Of a stretch of DNA of 64,000 bases, positions 15,501-30,348 are shown in pieces. Position numbers and translations under genes: made by a program. Below the pieces are notes generated by a model. That model made no database searches and had not been told where the DNA came from. It was given only the letters and a program-made list of their open reading frames with translations. Position 1 is the first letter of the stretch. Every line of letters begins with the position of its first letter. This stretch comes from Azolla caroliniana (lineage: Eukaryota; Plantae; Polypodiophyta): positions 4,774,001 to 4,838,000 of the forward strand of contig JBHGNT010000016.1 of NCBI GenBank assembly GCA_043228905.1. Reading direction: 5' to 3'.

Positions 15501-18275
15501 TAGAGCCCGGAATCCTAAGTGAAATACATCCATTTAGTAATTGCTACCATGAAGCCTTAATTGTTGTCCTCACATGTGTTAAACCCTTGTTCTCAATGAA
15601 ATATTGAACAATAGATATCCATGGTTGTGAGTTTGAACACATGTCTTGTAATAATGAAAATCTATGAGCCATCATATGCTTAGATAAGTTCAATACTCCA
15701 GCTCCCCCCAAGCGCTTAGGAGTTGCTAGATGATTCCATGCAACCCAAGTGATTCCCATCTTATCCCTTTTCTTCCACAACAAATATCGAAGAGGTTGCA
15801 AAATAGAATGCAAAGCCTTCTTTGTCCACGACAGCAATGGCAAGTAATATAATATCATAGGTTTTATAATAAATTGTACAACCTTCAAACGTACATGAAA
15901 TGGCCAAGATTGTGATTTCCAATACATGAACTTATCCCTCAACTTACTAGACATCCATTCAATCAATTGACCATTTGTAACATTCATTCCTAATGGATAG
16001 CCCAAGTGTCGAAAAATAGAGCCTTTCTTCACCACGGATCCTTGCCATCCTAAACATTCAAAATCCCTTTCAGTACATGATATGAGACTAGACTTCCTCC
16101 AATTAATATGTAATCCGGAAGCCAATGCAAATTGTTTCCATACAAGCATCCCCTTCTTAAGATTCTCTCGTGAGGCTTGTAGAAACATGAAAGAATCATC
16201 AACCAAAGCTTGTGCAACTAGTTGCCCTCTAAACGGAAGGTGTAGACCCACAATATCACCATCTGTTGCAAGCCTTGATAACATCACTAACAAGGGATGA
16301 GTAACAATAGCAAACAACAATGGGCTAATAGGGCATCCTTGACGAACTAATCTTGTAAGGGTAATATCTGATGTAACTCCTCCATTAAGTATGACTCGAG
16401 ACACCGCATCTTGTCCTTATAAAAATATGAGGCGAGACATACGAGGTCCAAAGCCCATTGTATGCATTAACCCAGAAACAAAGGACCAATTAACATGATC
16501 ATAAGCTTTCTCCAAATCTAATTGCACCATAATCAATTCTTGATGAGTGTTTCGAGCATAATCCATGGCCATTTGAACATTCAACACATTATGCAATATA
16601 TTCCTACCTGCAATAAAACCATATTGGGCGGGATGTATCAACTTTGGCAAATACTTTTGTAATCTATTTACCAAGACCTTTGTAAATATCTTATATAACC
16701 CCCCCATCAAAGAAATAGGTCTCCACTGATAAAATGACTCTGGAGATGCCACCTTTGGAACTAATTTAATTAGACCAACCTTCCAAGCTTGAGGCATACG
16801 ACCAAAATCCCAAGAATGTTGAAACATCAAAGTTAAGGCCCCCTTTAAAATGTGTGAATATCGCTTAAAAACTTCATTTGTCAAGCCATCCCAACTAGGG
16901 CTCTTACCACTAGGAAGATGCCTTAAAACTGTGTCCACCTCGTCCTCAATGAAATCCGCATCCAATTCATGACTAATGAGGTCATGCACAATACATCCAA
17001 TCACATCATAAAACTCATGACGTGCTCTACTCACCTCATTTGTCATTAACAATTGTGGGCCAATCAACTCCTTAAAGTAATGAACACATATGTCAATTAT
17101 TTTAGTAGGATCCACTATCCATTCATCGCCTTGCTTCACATGTACCACATTAGATCGAGTATAAGTAGGATGTAAAGCTTGGAAAAACAAATGGGATTGA
17201 CATTGATTATCTATGAGCCCATCCCTCAATTGTCGCATCTTCGCATAACGATAACTTTGGCATTGCAACTGAGAAATAATAACATGCAATTGACTTTGGA
17301 TATCCAAAAGCTCCTCATCTAAAGGTGCACATATCAATAATGCATTACACCTAGAGAGAACTTGTGAGAATTTTAGAAGAAGACCTCTTCTTCGTTGAGC
17401 ATTAATTACTCCATACATACGATGAACGATCTTAATATTTCGTAATGTGATATCCCATGCTTTAACTCCTTTAAGATTCACTTCTTGTGAAAAATTTACC
17501 AAAATTTTCTCCATGAGAGAATCAAAGTGAGATTGAAGCAAGAGAGAAGAGTTAAAGCGTAATGGAGGCTTTCCAAGTAAGGATTTATACATGTCAATCG
17601 CATGACCACAAATCTCCAAACAAATAGGAAAGTGATATGAAGTTCCTACATATTGTAAAACTGCCATACGAAGTGATGTCGGTAAAAAAGAATCATTGTG
17701 CATCACATACATTCTATATAACCGACTCCATGTTTGTCTATGTTGAGCGGATTGGAAAGTAAAACCTGGATCATTCCCATGCAACCATGTCCAAACATCC
17801 AACTTCAAAACCTCCATAGCCAATGAATCCCAAGCAAGTTGCTCAAGATCATCCATGATTGAGTGTTCAGACGTAGATTGAGATGCATCAACACACATGT
17901 TAAAATCACCCATAAGTAATCCTGGACGACCCACACATAGGGTTTGACAGAGTGAGCCCCATAATGCAATACATTGAGTGGCTTGGTTAGGGGCATAAAT
18001 CCCAACCACCCACACAACCTCGCCAAAAAAAGTGATTTCTAGAACCAAAAACCGACCATAAGGATCATTATGCACCACCTGAAGAAAATACACCTGAATA
18101 ATGATTATTAAGATGTCCTGCATAGAATGATGAATATCCACACAAATGAACTGTGGATCCTACTAACTCATGACACTTATGCTCAACTGCACATAATATA
18201 TCCTATTCTTTACTTAATAAAGTTTGCCATAATATATACTTCTTATGAGGAGAACATGCCCCTCTCACATTCCAT
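15498..18275 (-). pseudogene. LINE copy 1 ORF2 (APE endonuclease + RT), disrupted
   Basis: ORFs 16417-18141 and 15544-16404 with stops/frameshifts; colinear with ORF2 of LINE copy 2. Confidence 0.9.
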
Positions 18276-19513
18276 GTTACCACTTTCATTCAGTCAACAA
18301 TGTTATGGGTGCACTTGCTCCTTTAGAGCAACCGATGTCATGAAACTAGTCAAAGCATGTTCCAATGCTTCATATGGATTTTCATGCACCATATCCTTAG
18401 AGTTGTCTAGCAAACTCTTTTGTTAAGGTTCTCTCGCTTGACGAAAACCTCGAGAATTCGATGAATTTACAACCTGTCCCAATGAATCAAATTGAAGGTG
18501 AAGGGGTAATCCCTTATCCCTAAATTGTCTTTGCTAAGGAACTTTTCAAGGACCCTCCCTAGTTCCTGAATTACTTTTCCAAGTAGTCTCACGAGTAGTG
18601 GGCAAACTATTACGTTGCATATTCAATGATTTGGCCTTCGACTTGCCCTTACCCTGATGCCAATCCTTTTCAACAACAAAATCATTACTAGTTCTATCCA
18701 ACGGTTTTTTCCCCTTATCTATAACCACCAAATTTTGTTTTTCCATATCCATAGATTGAGTTCCCTTATTCTTAGGGCCCAAACCTTGAAGTGAAACCTC
18801 TTTATAACCTGCTCTAGATGATGTTCCTTCATCCATAACAACCACCATATCTGACACACCAACATCTTTCCCAACTTCTTCCTTACCATTCCCTTCATTA
18901 GGAACCTCTATAGTTGAAGGACAATGACGATGGCATTCCGCCATAAAGTGACCCCATTTACCACATCCAAAATAGTGACCTGCAAATGTCTCCCACTTCA
19001 ATTTAAAACAAAGTCTTTTCATTCCAGGTGTGTTCATACGCACCCATCCTAGCCTCTTACTACTTGTATCCCATAACACACAAAATCTGCACTTATTTGT
19101 AGCATTTGCATGTGGAGATACCAACACTTTACCCATTTGACTCATCAACTCTAGTAAAAGTGGCCATAAAAAAGCATGCTTACAATCCACTGTTACCCAA
19201 ATAGGGCATTCTTGTTTCAACAAAGCATGATAGTCCACAACAAGGGACCATTGCATTACATGCACCAATCGTTTATCAAAAAACACTGGAACTTTAGCCA
19301 ACAGTGCACTTCGATATTCCGATGAACGAAACACTACATCATAAAACCCTCGTGGTCTTGCATATATATTTTCAACACAATTTGGTGACACGATTGTGTT
19401 CAACCATTGTTTAATCCAATTAATGTATGGGAGTTTCCTAGTAAAAAACAATATAACTACACAATCATAGAATACATCAAAAGATTGCAACACTACCTTA
19501 GCATCAACATCCA

Positions 19514-19819
19514 TGTTGAGAATCAAGCTCAACTTGGTGTAGTGTGTGAACTCACCTTGAGAGTGAATAGACACTCCAACGGTCAAGAGTCACCATTATG
19601 TCACCTCTTTGTAATCTAGCATTTAGTATGAGTCATAGACTCATATTCTATGACACATAACTTATGAGCTTTCACATTCCCCATGCTCCATGAGTCTTGT
19701 AGTTAATGAAGAGAGAGGGTGACTATATAAAGCACCCTCCTCCCACCTTGTATCAAGTCAAGTCTTTCTCCTTTGTTAATATACTTTTACCTTGCGTATT
19801 CTATGTGTCCCACTCCTTG

Positions 19820-19857
<38 letters not shown>

Positions 19858-19928
19858 TCTCTCTCTCTCATATACACACATAACTCACATCTCTTCCGCT
19901 TCACAAGAATCGTATCCGATTCTTTACA
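19514..19928 (+). repeat. Copia A 5' LTR
   Basis: TGTTGAG...TTTACA; direct repeat of 42985-43389. Confidence 0.95.
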
Positions 19929-20105
19929 TGGTATCAGAGCGATTTGGTAGCTTGATTTAGCCCATTCGCCTCATCGTGATCGTGTGTTGTGCTCTACGCC
20001 GACAACCAAGAACCGGCTCATCGCTATCGTAGCTTCGCTACATAGCTCACATTCGAAGAGAGAAGAAGAAGAAGAAGAAGAAGAAGAAGAAGAAGAATCG
20101 ACATA

Positions 20106-22440
20106 ATGAATGCTCAAATGGGGAGCGCTCTCCCTACCGAGAAGTTGGATCGAAACAACTTCGCATCTTGGGAGTACAAGATGCACCAATACCTTGTCGG
20201 ACAAGGCTATTGGAGCTACATCAAAGGAGAGCACGAAGACCGACCCGCCGAAGCAGCTCCCGGATACGCGACATGGGAGCAAGCCGCAAGCTGCATGATG
20301 TATTGCTTGGCGACATGTGTTCACGATCACATGCTCGGCTACATTCGTGAAGCCAAGACACCGAAGGAGGCATGGGAAAATCTACGAAAGATTTTCGCGG
20401 CGAACAAAACCGCAAGAAGGCTTCAACTCCGCCAAGAGTTGAACAACATTCAACAAAGGGACATGTCCATTGCGACATACACCTTGAAGATCAAGGAGCT
20501 TTGCGACTCACTCGGCTCGATAAGCGTAAGTATAGATGCTGATGAGATGGTGCAAATATGCCTCAGTGGCCTCGCATCACGGATCGGCGCGATGCGAACC
20601 ACCGTTCTAGCAAGGGAGAAATCTCCCTCCTTCTTCGAGCTCCAATCAATACTATTGGTCGAAGAAAACCATGTGCGTACAAGGAGCAACGAGTTGGAAG
20701 GCCACATGCTCTACACGCACTCGAACGGAGGAAGAGGACGCAGACGAGTGAGAGGCCGATTCGGCCAAGAACAAGGCGGACGGGGTCCGACCTACGACAA
20801 CAACTCCGACCGTGGCGGAATGTACGGGCACAACTCCGACTAAAAAGCTCGTGGCGGAATGTATGCACACAACTCCGACCGTGGCGGAATGTTCATGATG
20901 AAACATAGAGCAAACTCTATGTCAGCCTCTACCTCAACTAGTGCCTCCGGTCCGGAAGACGTATGGTTCGTCGATTCCGGTGCCTCGAACCATATGACAT
21001 TGCATCAAGAATGGTTCTGAGAACTTCAAGAGCCGGACCAATTTGGCTATGTCGAAACCGGAGACGACACTACGCACCCGATTCGGCACATCGGCAATGT
21101 TCCGTTCGGAAAACAAGGTAAGCAAAATTACATTAAAAATGTCTTGCATGTACCGACCATTACGAAGAATTTGGTCTCCGTCGGCCAAATTGTAGAGCAA
21201 GGGATGCAAGTTCGATTTAATGAAGGTGGGTGCTTCATCGAAAAAGAGGACCGACTCATCGCACGCGGACAAAGAGAGGGCCGAATGTTCATTCTCGACT
21301 CACACGAGATGAAATCAGCCATGTTCGCAAAGGGCATGAAAACCGACTCCGACATAGAGTTGTGGCACAAGCGAATCGGCCACATCAATCTCAACAAACT
21401 CAAAGAGATGAAATCGAAAGGAGTCGTCATCGGACTCCCGACATTCAAAGAGAAGGAGATTGAAGGTGTATGCGAAGCGTGCCAATTCGGCAAGCAACAC
21501 TGACACCCGTTCCCGAAAGAGCGGAACGTGAGCAAAGGTCTACTCTACGTAGTCCATTCCGACGTATGGGGACCGGTGCAAATGGCTACTTTCGGCGGAT
21601 TCCGATATTACACGCTCTTCATCGACGACTTCTCTAGGCACACTTGGATCTACCCGATGCGGCAAAAGAGCGAAGTGTTCGGACACTTCCAAACATTCAA
21701 GAATGAAGTCGAGAAAGCCACGGGCCGACATGTACGTTGTCTTCGATTGGATGGCGGCAATGACTACTTCTCGAACGATTTCACGGTGTATCTCCGAAAG
21801 GAAGGAATTCGGTGAGAATTCACTTGCCGACACACTCCGCAACAAAACAGAGTAGCCGAGCGCAAAAATCGGCACATCCTCGAAGTAGCGCGGGCCATGA
21901 TGAACGAGAAGCATATGCCCAAGTCATATTGGGCCGAAGCTGCAAATACGGCTGTCTACCTAATGAACCGATGCACAACATCCGGCGTGCACGAGGTCAC
22001 TCCGCACGAAAATACTTCGGAAAGAAGCCGGACTTATCGCACACTCGGATATTCGGCGCGATAGCGTACGTGCACATCCTCGACAAGAAGTGTCAAAAGC
22101 TTGACCCGAAGTCGGCGAAATGTATCCTCGTAGGATACTCACTGGAGCAAAAGGGGTACAAGTGCTACAACCCTTCAACTCGAAAATCTCGAGTAAGTCG
22201 AGACGTCGTTTTTGACGAGTCTGCATTCTGGTATGCACCAGAGACAACTCCGACTCCGACTTCGCTCGACCCGGAATCCACCGAACAAGAGATAGAGGAT
22301 GAAGATCGCCTTACGCGCATGTTCGAAGAAAGTCCGATCACAACCCGACTAAGCGGACCACAAGAGCCTTTGAGCGATCAAAGCACATCACGGACTAGCC
22401 CGAAGATGGACAAAGGCAAGGCGAAAATGTCGGAATACGA
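20106..22440 (+). pseudogene. Copia A gag-protease-integrase, disrupted
   Basis: KLDRNNFASWEYKM, LWHKRIGH...CEACQFGKQ, VHSDVWGP, SRDVVFDE; several stops and frameshifts. Confidence 0.9.
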
Positions 22441-22510
22441 TGTCGTGTTACTACGCTTTCGCGGGTGAAATGAGACAGGACCGCGGGGGCCCTGAACCAA
22501 GGAGCGTGAG

Positions 22511-22556
<46 letters not shown>

Positions 22557-23109
22557 AAAACAATTTGATTATAACACCAATAACGATTACAACCGACACA
22601 CTGACAACGGACCCAACACAGGAGTCCACGCACACACACACGGATGTCACAGGCAGTCCACACACACACATGGATGTCACACGCCAAACACAGAAACACG
22701 AAGGGAGAGCCTCTGCTGGAAGCGCACGGGCTATCCACGAAGCAGAGGTGACGATCTCCAAAACCCACAGAGAATGACAACTGAAGGAGGAGAGAGACCT
22801 CGGTGCACGGTCCGGCAACACTTCGTCCTCGCTAACGCTTGATAACCTATTCTTCCTTCTCTTCTTCCTTATATAGGTCGTTGGGGAGAGACCATTCTCC
22901 TTCAGTCACAGTCACATTACTTTATTCTCTGTCCCTTCGGACAGAGATACGCATCGATTTCCTAATAAATATGTCACACCTAGTATATTTACATCAGCCA
23001 CCCTACACATAATTATGTACAAGTTAACAATTCACACGCCCACACATGGAAGGGCCGGTTCGTGCACGGTTTCTCTCGTTTCCTCCTAGGGACGGTTTTC
23101 TCCACGACA
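22441..23109 (-). repeat. Gypsy B 3' LTR
   Basis: Direct repeat of 40364-40994 with a small internal duplication; adjacent purine tract on the minus strand. Confidence 0.93.
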
Positions 23110-24778
23110 TCCACCCCCACCAAACCGTGCGTCCACCGGTACGCGCTAGATACAACACTAGTCGGAGAAAACCGGCCCGCCTTCACGCGTCGCTGCCCGG
23201 ATCCTCGTATGTTTCGAGCCGGTCGTCATCGTTGGTCGCACGTTCCAGGTCTGGCTCTTCCTCTTGCCGTTTCTTGAATACCTTGACCCTTTTCCTTGCC
23301 ACCGACACCGCCATCCGTGTCCTGTCGAGCTTCGCAAGATGATACGTGTCGTTGTCGTTCGCCCTTGTTACCGTATAGGGCCCGAACCACCTCATCGCAA
23401 ACTTATGCACCGTCTTGTGCTGATTGTCGAGGTTGCTGTCGTACACCAGCACCCAGTCACCTTCCTCGATCTTCCTCAGCCTCAATCGGTGAGTTCGGTC
23501 GAACCGACTTTTGTTCTTCTCTCGTGGTGTACACAGCTTGTCCTTCGCCCAATCCACGTCTTCCGGTCTTCGCTCGAGTTGTCGGATCCTCGCTGCCAGC
23601 AACTCTTCTCGGCTCATCTCGTCCTTCTAGTCCATCGCGGCCCACGATGTGATCGTTTTCTCCGCCGGCATGATTGGCTTTTGCCCGTACATCAGCTCCA
23701 CTGGCATGAACCCCATCACCGAACTGTGCGCAGTTCGATCCGCCCGTAGTGCGTAAGGAAGGAGCCACGGCCAATTCCCGACCTGTCCTTCGCATGCACG
23801 TACTAACGCCTTCACGATGGGCCCATGACCACGCTCTACCTTCCTGTTGGCCTCTGGATTGTACGTCGTGGTGAGCGAGAGTTTAATCCCTAGCCGGTCA
23901 AACAACTCTTCAACCTCTTGCGCGTCTAGTTCTCCGCGGTCAGCCACAATCTTTCCTACACACCCGTACCGGCACACCACTTCTTCGATCAGAATCGGCA
24001 CACGGCCGCGGTTGTTCTGTTCTGCAACGCTCGGCCTTCCACCTGGTTCTCAGGTCCTCCCGAGCGAGCACCAGATATCGTCTGTGTCCTACCCCCATCG
24101 GCATAGTCACTAAATCCACCATCCATTTGAAGTGGACAGTTGGTGGGTAGGTTGGATGAAGCTCGTCTCGATGCTGGACTGTAGAGTGCATCTGGCAATT
24201 CTCACAGGTTGTCACAAAATGATGCACATCCCGGTACAGCCCCGACCACCAATACTTACTGTAGGGAATGGACAAGGCCGTCAGTGCGGAAGAGATCACA
24301 CAGTATGAATCTGTGAGGAAGAAATTACATGCGTATGAGAGAGGGAAGAACAAAATACGTACATTGAGAGAGAGAGAGAGAGGTACAAAGAGTATATCTA
24401 TATTCATAAAAGGGCAACCGTTACAACAATGAACAACCAACCTTTACAAAAGGTTACAAAGTCACTTTATATAGTGACTCACTTAGGGCAATTGCCCTTT
24501 ATGTTATTTACAGAAATAGCCCGAACTTGGGCTCTCTAGGAGGATAGTGTGAATACGTCCATTATACATTTGTTTTTCGACACTCCCTCGTAATGGGCGT
24601 ATACATGGGCTATCAAAAAAAAATACAGGTATAGGCATAGGTTCTCGGACAGATCGGTTTTGTTTGAATCGGCATGATCCGAAGACAGAAGACCGAACCG
24701 GTCGGGTCGGAAAAGCTGAAGCCGATCGTCAGTGAACCGATGTCTATTGTCTGAAACCGTCCTTCACTATGTCCGGCT

Positions 24779-27700
24779 TCAACCGGACCGATATGTTGTT
24801 ACGCCCATCTGTTGCCGAAGAGACCGGAACCGGTCTGCCGAAAGACACTTGGTCATTCCATCTACGACATCATCGGTTGTGGATATCTTCTCTAAACCGA
24901 TTTTCCCAGAAATGACGCAGTCCTGAACGAAGTGATATCGAACTTCGATATGCTTGGAGGTGTTGTGATGAACCGGATTTTTCGAGAAAGCAACAACAGT
25001 CTGACTGTCGCTGTAGACAACTGGAGCCAAGTTGGAGTTAACTTGCCGAAACGTGTGCGCCAGCCGACCAAGCCATAAAGCTTCTTTCGCTGCGTCGGAG
25101 GTAGCTACATATTCTGCTTCGGTCGTTGAGGTGGTTGTGCACTCATGAAGTTTCAACTTCCACGAGATTGCTCCATTGCCAAATTTAAAGCAATATCTGG
25201 TTGTTGACTTGCAACTGTCCACACAGCCGGCAAAGTCCGAGTCGGTGTAACCGGCTACGCCTGAAGTTGAGTTCGGACCGAAAAGGATGCCGTGGTCTTT
25301 TGTGCCAGCTAAATATCTGAACACATGCTTGACTGCGTTCCAATGCGATCAGCCGGGATTGTGCATAAATCTACTGATGACTCCTACGGCGTGAGAAATA
25401 TCAGGCCGTGTCGCGACCATCGCGTACATCAGAGAGCCTACTGCCAGTGCATACGGTACCGACTTCATGTCTTCCCCCTCCGGACCAAATGTCGGGCAGT
25501 CTCGCTGAGAAAGCCGAAGATGAACGGGGAGCGGGGTCAAAGCAGACTTGGCCGATTGCATGTTGAAGCGTTCCAAGACACGTCCGATGTAGTCGGTTTG
25601 AGACAGAAAAAGCTGTCTTTTGGCGTGATTCTGACTAATCTTCATTCCGAGTATGTGTCTTGCCGGACCGAGGTCCTTCATGGTAAACGTCAATCGCAAT
25701 TTCCGAACGAGTTCGGTGAGCTCTCCGGTATGCCGACCGGAGAGTAGCATGTCGTCCACGTAGATGATGAGGAAGATGGGAGAACCGTCTTGAGCTGTTT
25801 TGGTGAAGAGGCAATGGTCCTCATCGCTCTTGGAGAAGCCGACCGACTGGATGAAATCGTCGAACTTCTTGTACCACTGTTGGGGTGCCTGTTTCAGGCC
25901 ATAGAGACTCTTCCTGAGTCGGCAGACAAGATGTTCCTGACCGGTGGCCACAAAGCCTTTCGGCTGCTCCATGTAGATTTCCTCCTTTAGATCACCGTGG
26001 AGGAATGCCGTTTTCACATCTAGCTGAATCAGCTCCAAATTGTCGGCAGCCACAACACCGAGCATGAAACGAAGGGTGGTCATTTTCACCACTGGTGAAA
26101 AGATTTTGTCGAAGTCGACACCATATTCCTATCGAAATCCCTTCGCAACTAATCTAGCCTTGTACTTTGGGGTGGTTGAGTCAGACGTCTCCTTTAGTCT
26201 ATAGACCCACTTGCAAGGAAGAGCACGTCGATTCTTCAGTAAGTCGACCAGATCCCAAGTCTTGTTGGCGCGGATGGAATGCATTTCCAACTCCATTGCC
26301 AGATGCCAGGTGGCTGAATCGGCAGTTGCTGATGCTTCTTCGTAGGACGTCGGTTCGCCGGCGTCGGTGAAGAAAATTCCGGGAGAGTACCTCTCCGGAT
26401 CTTCGAGGTATGACTGGACTAGTCGCACCGGGTGTCGATGTCGGATGCTCGGAAGCCGAGCCATTCGGCTGTGCCGAATCTGTGGATTTGGTGCGAGAGA
26501 AGTCGGTTACCTGTGAAACCGGTCTCGTGTTGTGTGTTGGGCCGTCATGAAGGGTTGGCACTTCGGAAAATATTACCCTTCGGACTTCAATAGGCCTTTT
26601 GGCCGTTTTGTGCATAGTCGACCCGTTGAACACGACGTCCGATTTGCCTATGCTCGGGGTCCCAGAGTCGGTATCCGATCTTGCCATCGGGTCCGTACCC
26701 GAGGAAAACGCATTTCCTTGATCTCGGTTCGAGCTTTCGGCGGTCGTCTTTCGGTATCAGGGCGTATTCCTCGCAACCGAAAATCCTCAGCTTATCATAA
26801 TTCGGCTTTCTGCCGGTCCATATTTCCTGAGGTATCTTAATTCCTAGAGGTCTACTTGGCGACATATTGATTATGTGTACTGCCGTGAGTAGAGCCTCTG
26901 CCCAGAAGCCATCCGACAGTCCGGAGTGTTGGAGCATGGATACAACGCATTCTTGAATCGTCTGATTCATGCGTTCTGCGATTCCGTTCTGCTCTGGACT
27001 ATATGGTGCCGTATATTCACGTCTAATGCCGCGTTCTCGGAAAAATTTGACGAATTCATCAGATTTGAACTCACCTCCATTGTCGGTTCGGAGACACTTC
27101 AGTTTTCGACCGGTCTGGTTTTCGACCATTGCGAGCCAATCTGAGAAGATCGAGAACACCCGATCTTTGGTTCTGATGGGGTAAGCCCACACCTTCCAAA
27201 TCGAGTCGTCAATGAAACTGACGAAGTACGAGGCACCACCGAGTGACTGATGTGGCATCGGGCCACAGACGTCCGAGTGGACCAAATCGAGCGAGCTCGA
27301 CTCTCTTGGTGCTGATGTCGGGTGTGATGCGGCTACCTGTTTGCCGTACTGGCAATGCTCGCAAAACTGATGGTCTGAGAAGGAGAGTTTTGGGATGTAT
27401 CCGGCTCTGGATAGGTGTGTGATGTCGGTCTTGCTAAGGTGTCCAAGTCGTCCATGCCATAAGGATGACACAGGGATATCTACCAGAAATAAGTCACCCT
27501 CTCTGAGTGTGACATACAAAGGGTACAATGAGTGTACCTTTGGTCCTCTAGCAAGCAGGAGGTTCCCTCTATGGAGTGTCCACCCTCCTGATGAGAAACC
27601 AGCACGGATGCCAGCTTCATCAAGTTGTCCGACTGAGATCAAGGGTCGTGAGAGCTCAGGAACGTGTCGGACGTTGTGTAGTATGAGTGTAGAGCCACCC

Positions 27701-28773
27701 GGAAGGTTGAGCTCTACGGTGCCGATTCCGATGATAGCACAGTGCTGCGAATTTCGTACTCGAACTGAGTCGGAGTGCCGGTCCGAATATTGCCGAAACT
27801 GTGATCGGTGAGGTGTCACGTGATACGACGCGCCCGAGTCCAGAAGCCATGTGTTCGATTCCTCAGTCGTAAGCAGAACTTCTGATTCGACTGGATTCTC
27901 TATGGACAATATGTTCAGGTCGATCGTCAATATCTCGGTTGAAGAGCCGACGTAGTTGACTTCCTCATGTCGGTTACTCCTCTGATCAGCTCTCTGAGCT
28001 TTGTCTATCTTTGACTTGAGTACCCGACAGTCGGCCTTGATGTGTCCCGGTTTCTTGCAGTAGTTGCAGATTCGGGTTTCCCGGGACTTGCTGTGGCTTC
28101 GCTGATTTGTCGGCGGTCGGGAAGAACTTCTTCCCTGGTTGTTCGATCGGTCGATCGAACCTTGTACTACATAGGCTTCTTCTGCCGAGTCTTTGGTGAA
28201 AGACTTTCTCCGAGCTGCTTTAGTCAGGATTGCACTTGTGACTTCGGAGTACTTGATGGCAGTCGTAGAAGCGTTGCACACAGTTGTAACGAAGGTTTCC
28301 CAAGAGGAGGGGAGACTGCTCATGAGTATCATTGCTCTGAGTTCATCCTCGATTTTCATCCCCTATGATGAGATTTGGGAGCTCAAACTTTCGTACTCGT
28401 TAAGGTGTGCCTGAACCGAATCGGAGTCTTTCATCCGTAGGTTGTAGAGGCGCCGGATCAAATACATCTTCGTTGAGGCGACCTTCTTTTCGTATGTTTC
28501 CGACAGCTTCTTCCAAAGTTCGAAGGATGTCGTGCACGATTGCACTGTGAAGTACACTGACTCCGATAGGTGCATCCGAATCGTGGCGCAGACGATTCTG
28601 TCCAGCTTCTGCCACTCATTTGCCTTGTATGTTTCTGGAGCAGTTTCATTCTCAATCAGATCGATCTGACCCTTGACTATAAGATAGTCCTACATTTGCT
28701 CCTTCCAAAAATTGAAGTTCGAACCGTCGAACCTCCTTAGACTCATTTCCGATGAGCCGGATGTTGATGCCAT
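24779..28773 (-). pseudogene. Copia D gag-pol polyprotein with a few in-frame stops/frameshifts
   Basis: CNYCKKPGHIKADC, WLLDSGAS, VHSDVCGP, LRTDNGGE, IYVDD, YTDSDFAG, KHIEVRYHF. Confidence 0.93.
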
Positions 28774-30348
28774 CAGATTCGGTTTCGGTTGATGAAGCTC
28801 GGTTCGAAGTTGACTACGAACCTTGTTGGAGTGCAGCCGGTCGGCTCACCCGATATCGTTCTAGTCGGATTTGAACCCGAGTCGGTTCGGTTTCTGATAT
28901 ATGTATTGTTGAACTTGCTCGAATTGACTCTGGTAACTCGAGGGACAGAACCGACTAGTCTTCCCGAATGTTACCGAGTCGGAGTGAGCCCGGTTCGCTT
29001 CCGAATATATATGCCAAATACCGATTATTGAAACCGATTGTCTGGACCAATTCTGCTTTGGGTGACTGCAGCGACGAGAGAAACGGATCCAATTGATCCT
29101 CCCGAATGTCGACCAGCCGGATGAAGCACGAATTGGGGTTGTTGTCTTGAGACCGATCTGCACCGAGTGGTTACAACGGGCGACGAGCAGCGTTCGGTGA
29201 CCTGTTCGGATGCCGTTTAACCGAGTGGAGAACAATCGTGTCAATGTTGCACAAGGGGATTTCACCTCGAGCGGTTATGATCACGAGGAACAGAGTACAG
29301 CCGGCTGGCTTACTCCAAGCGAAGATGATCTAACGCGATGAGATGCAAGCCTCGTTTTTCTTCTTCTTCTCTCTTCTCTATTTCTTCAAATACAAAACCA
29401 AAAAAACAGAATGTTGTGATCCAAAGATTCGAATGGCGGCCGGCAGCGGGATGAAGGACATCCAAGCTCTGATACCAAATGTAGGGAATGGACAAGGCTG
29501 TCAGTGCGGAAGAGATCACACAGTATGAATCTGTGAGGAAGAAATTACCTGCGTATGAGAGAGGGAAGAACAAAATACGTACATTGAGAGAGAGAGAGAG
29601 AGGCACAAAGAATATATCTATATTCATAAAAGGGCAACCGTTGTCGAAATATTCCTCGCGGATGAGTGGAACGAGGCGGGACCTCGGGGGTCTTGTACCG
29701 AAGAGCAAGAGAGAAAGGGAGAGGGGAAGAGACCCACAAGGTGCGAACGTAGATTCACAGGGACACGGCCCTTCGACACCGAGACGCGAGTGAGACAGCG
29801 ACACAGAGAGACACGAATGTATGTAAATATATATTTTAACAAACAAACAACAAGAAGCACGACGTCTGTTACAACCGAACAGGCCGGCGGACATATGCCG
29901 ATGCCTGTTCGTAAACGCACAGAAAGGAAAGAGTAGGTTGGAGGTGCTGCCGGAAGCACTCGGGCATTCCTCAGAGCAGCGCGAGCCTCCCGAAAACCTG
30001 CACAGAAAGCAGCCACGGAGTTTGCGAGCCAGAGAGAGAGAGAAGCCTTCGCCTACAAACCGACAGCACTTCGTCCTCGACTCTCCGCGATCCTTCGCCC
30101 CTCCTCGTCTCCCTCCTTTTATAGGCAAGGAAGGAGCCGTTTCCCCTTTACTTCTTACCTACCGAATCTACCTGCCTAGGATCTCCTATGTACAACATAA
30201 GGCGCACGTGCATGAAGAGCCGGTTCCTACGCTCCGGTGCACCGATTCCTCTTGTGGACGGTTTTCTTCACGACATCCGCCCCCACCTAACCGCGCATCC
30301 ACCGGCATGCGCCAAATTGAGTTGGGACGGAGAAAACCGGTCCAGCCT

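Noticed and set aside
29637-29641. 5-bp TSD ACCGT for Gypsy C
   Set aside because: Would use the terminal A of the LTR (both LTRs end CGACA); the empty site in the sister LTR gives 4 bp
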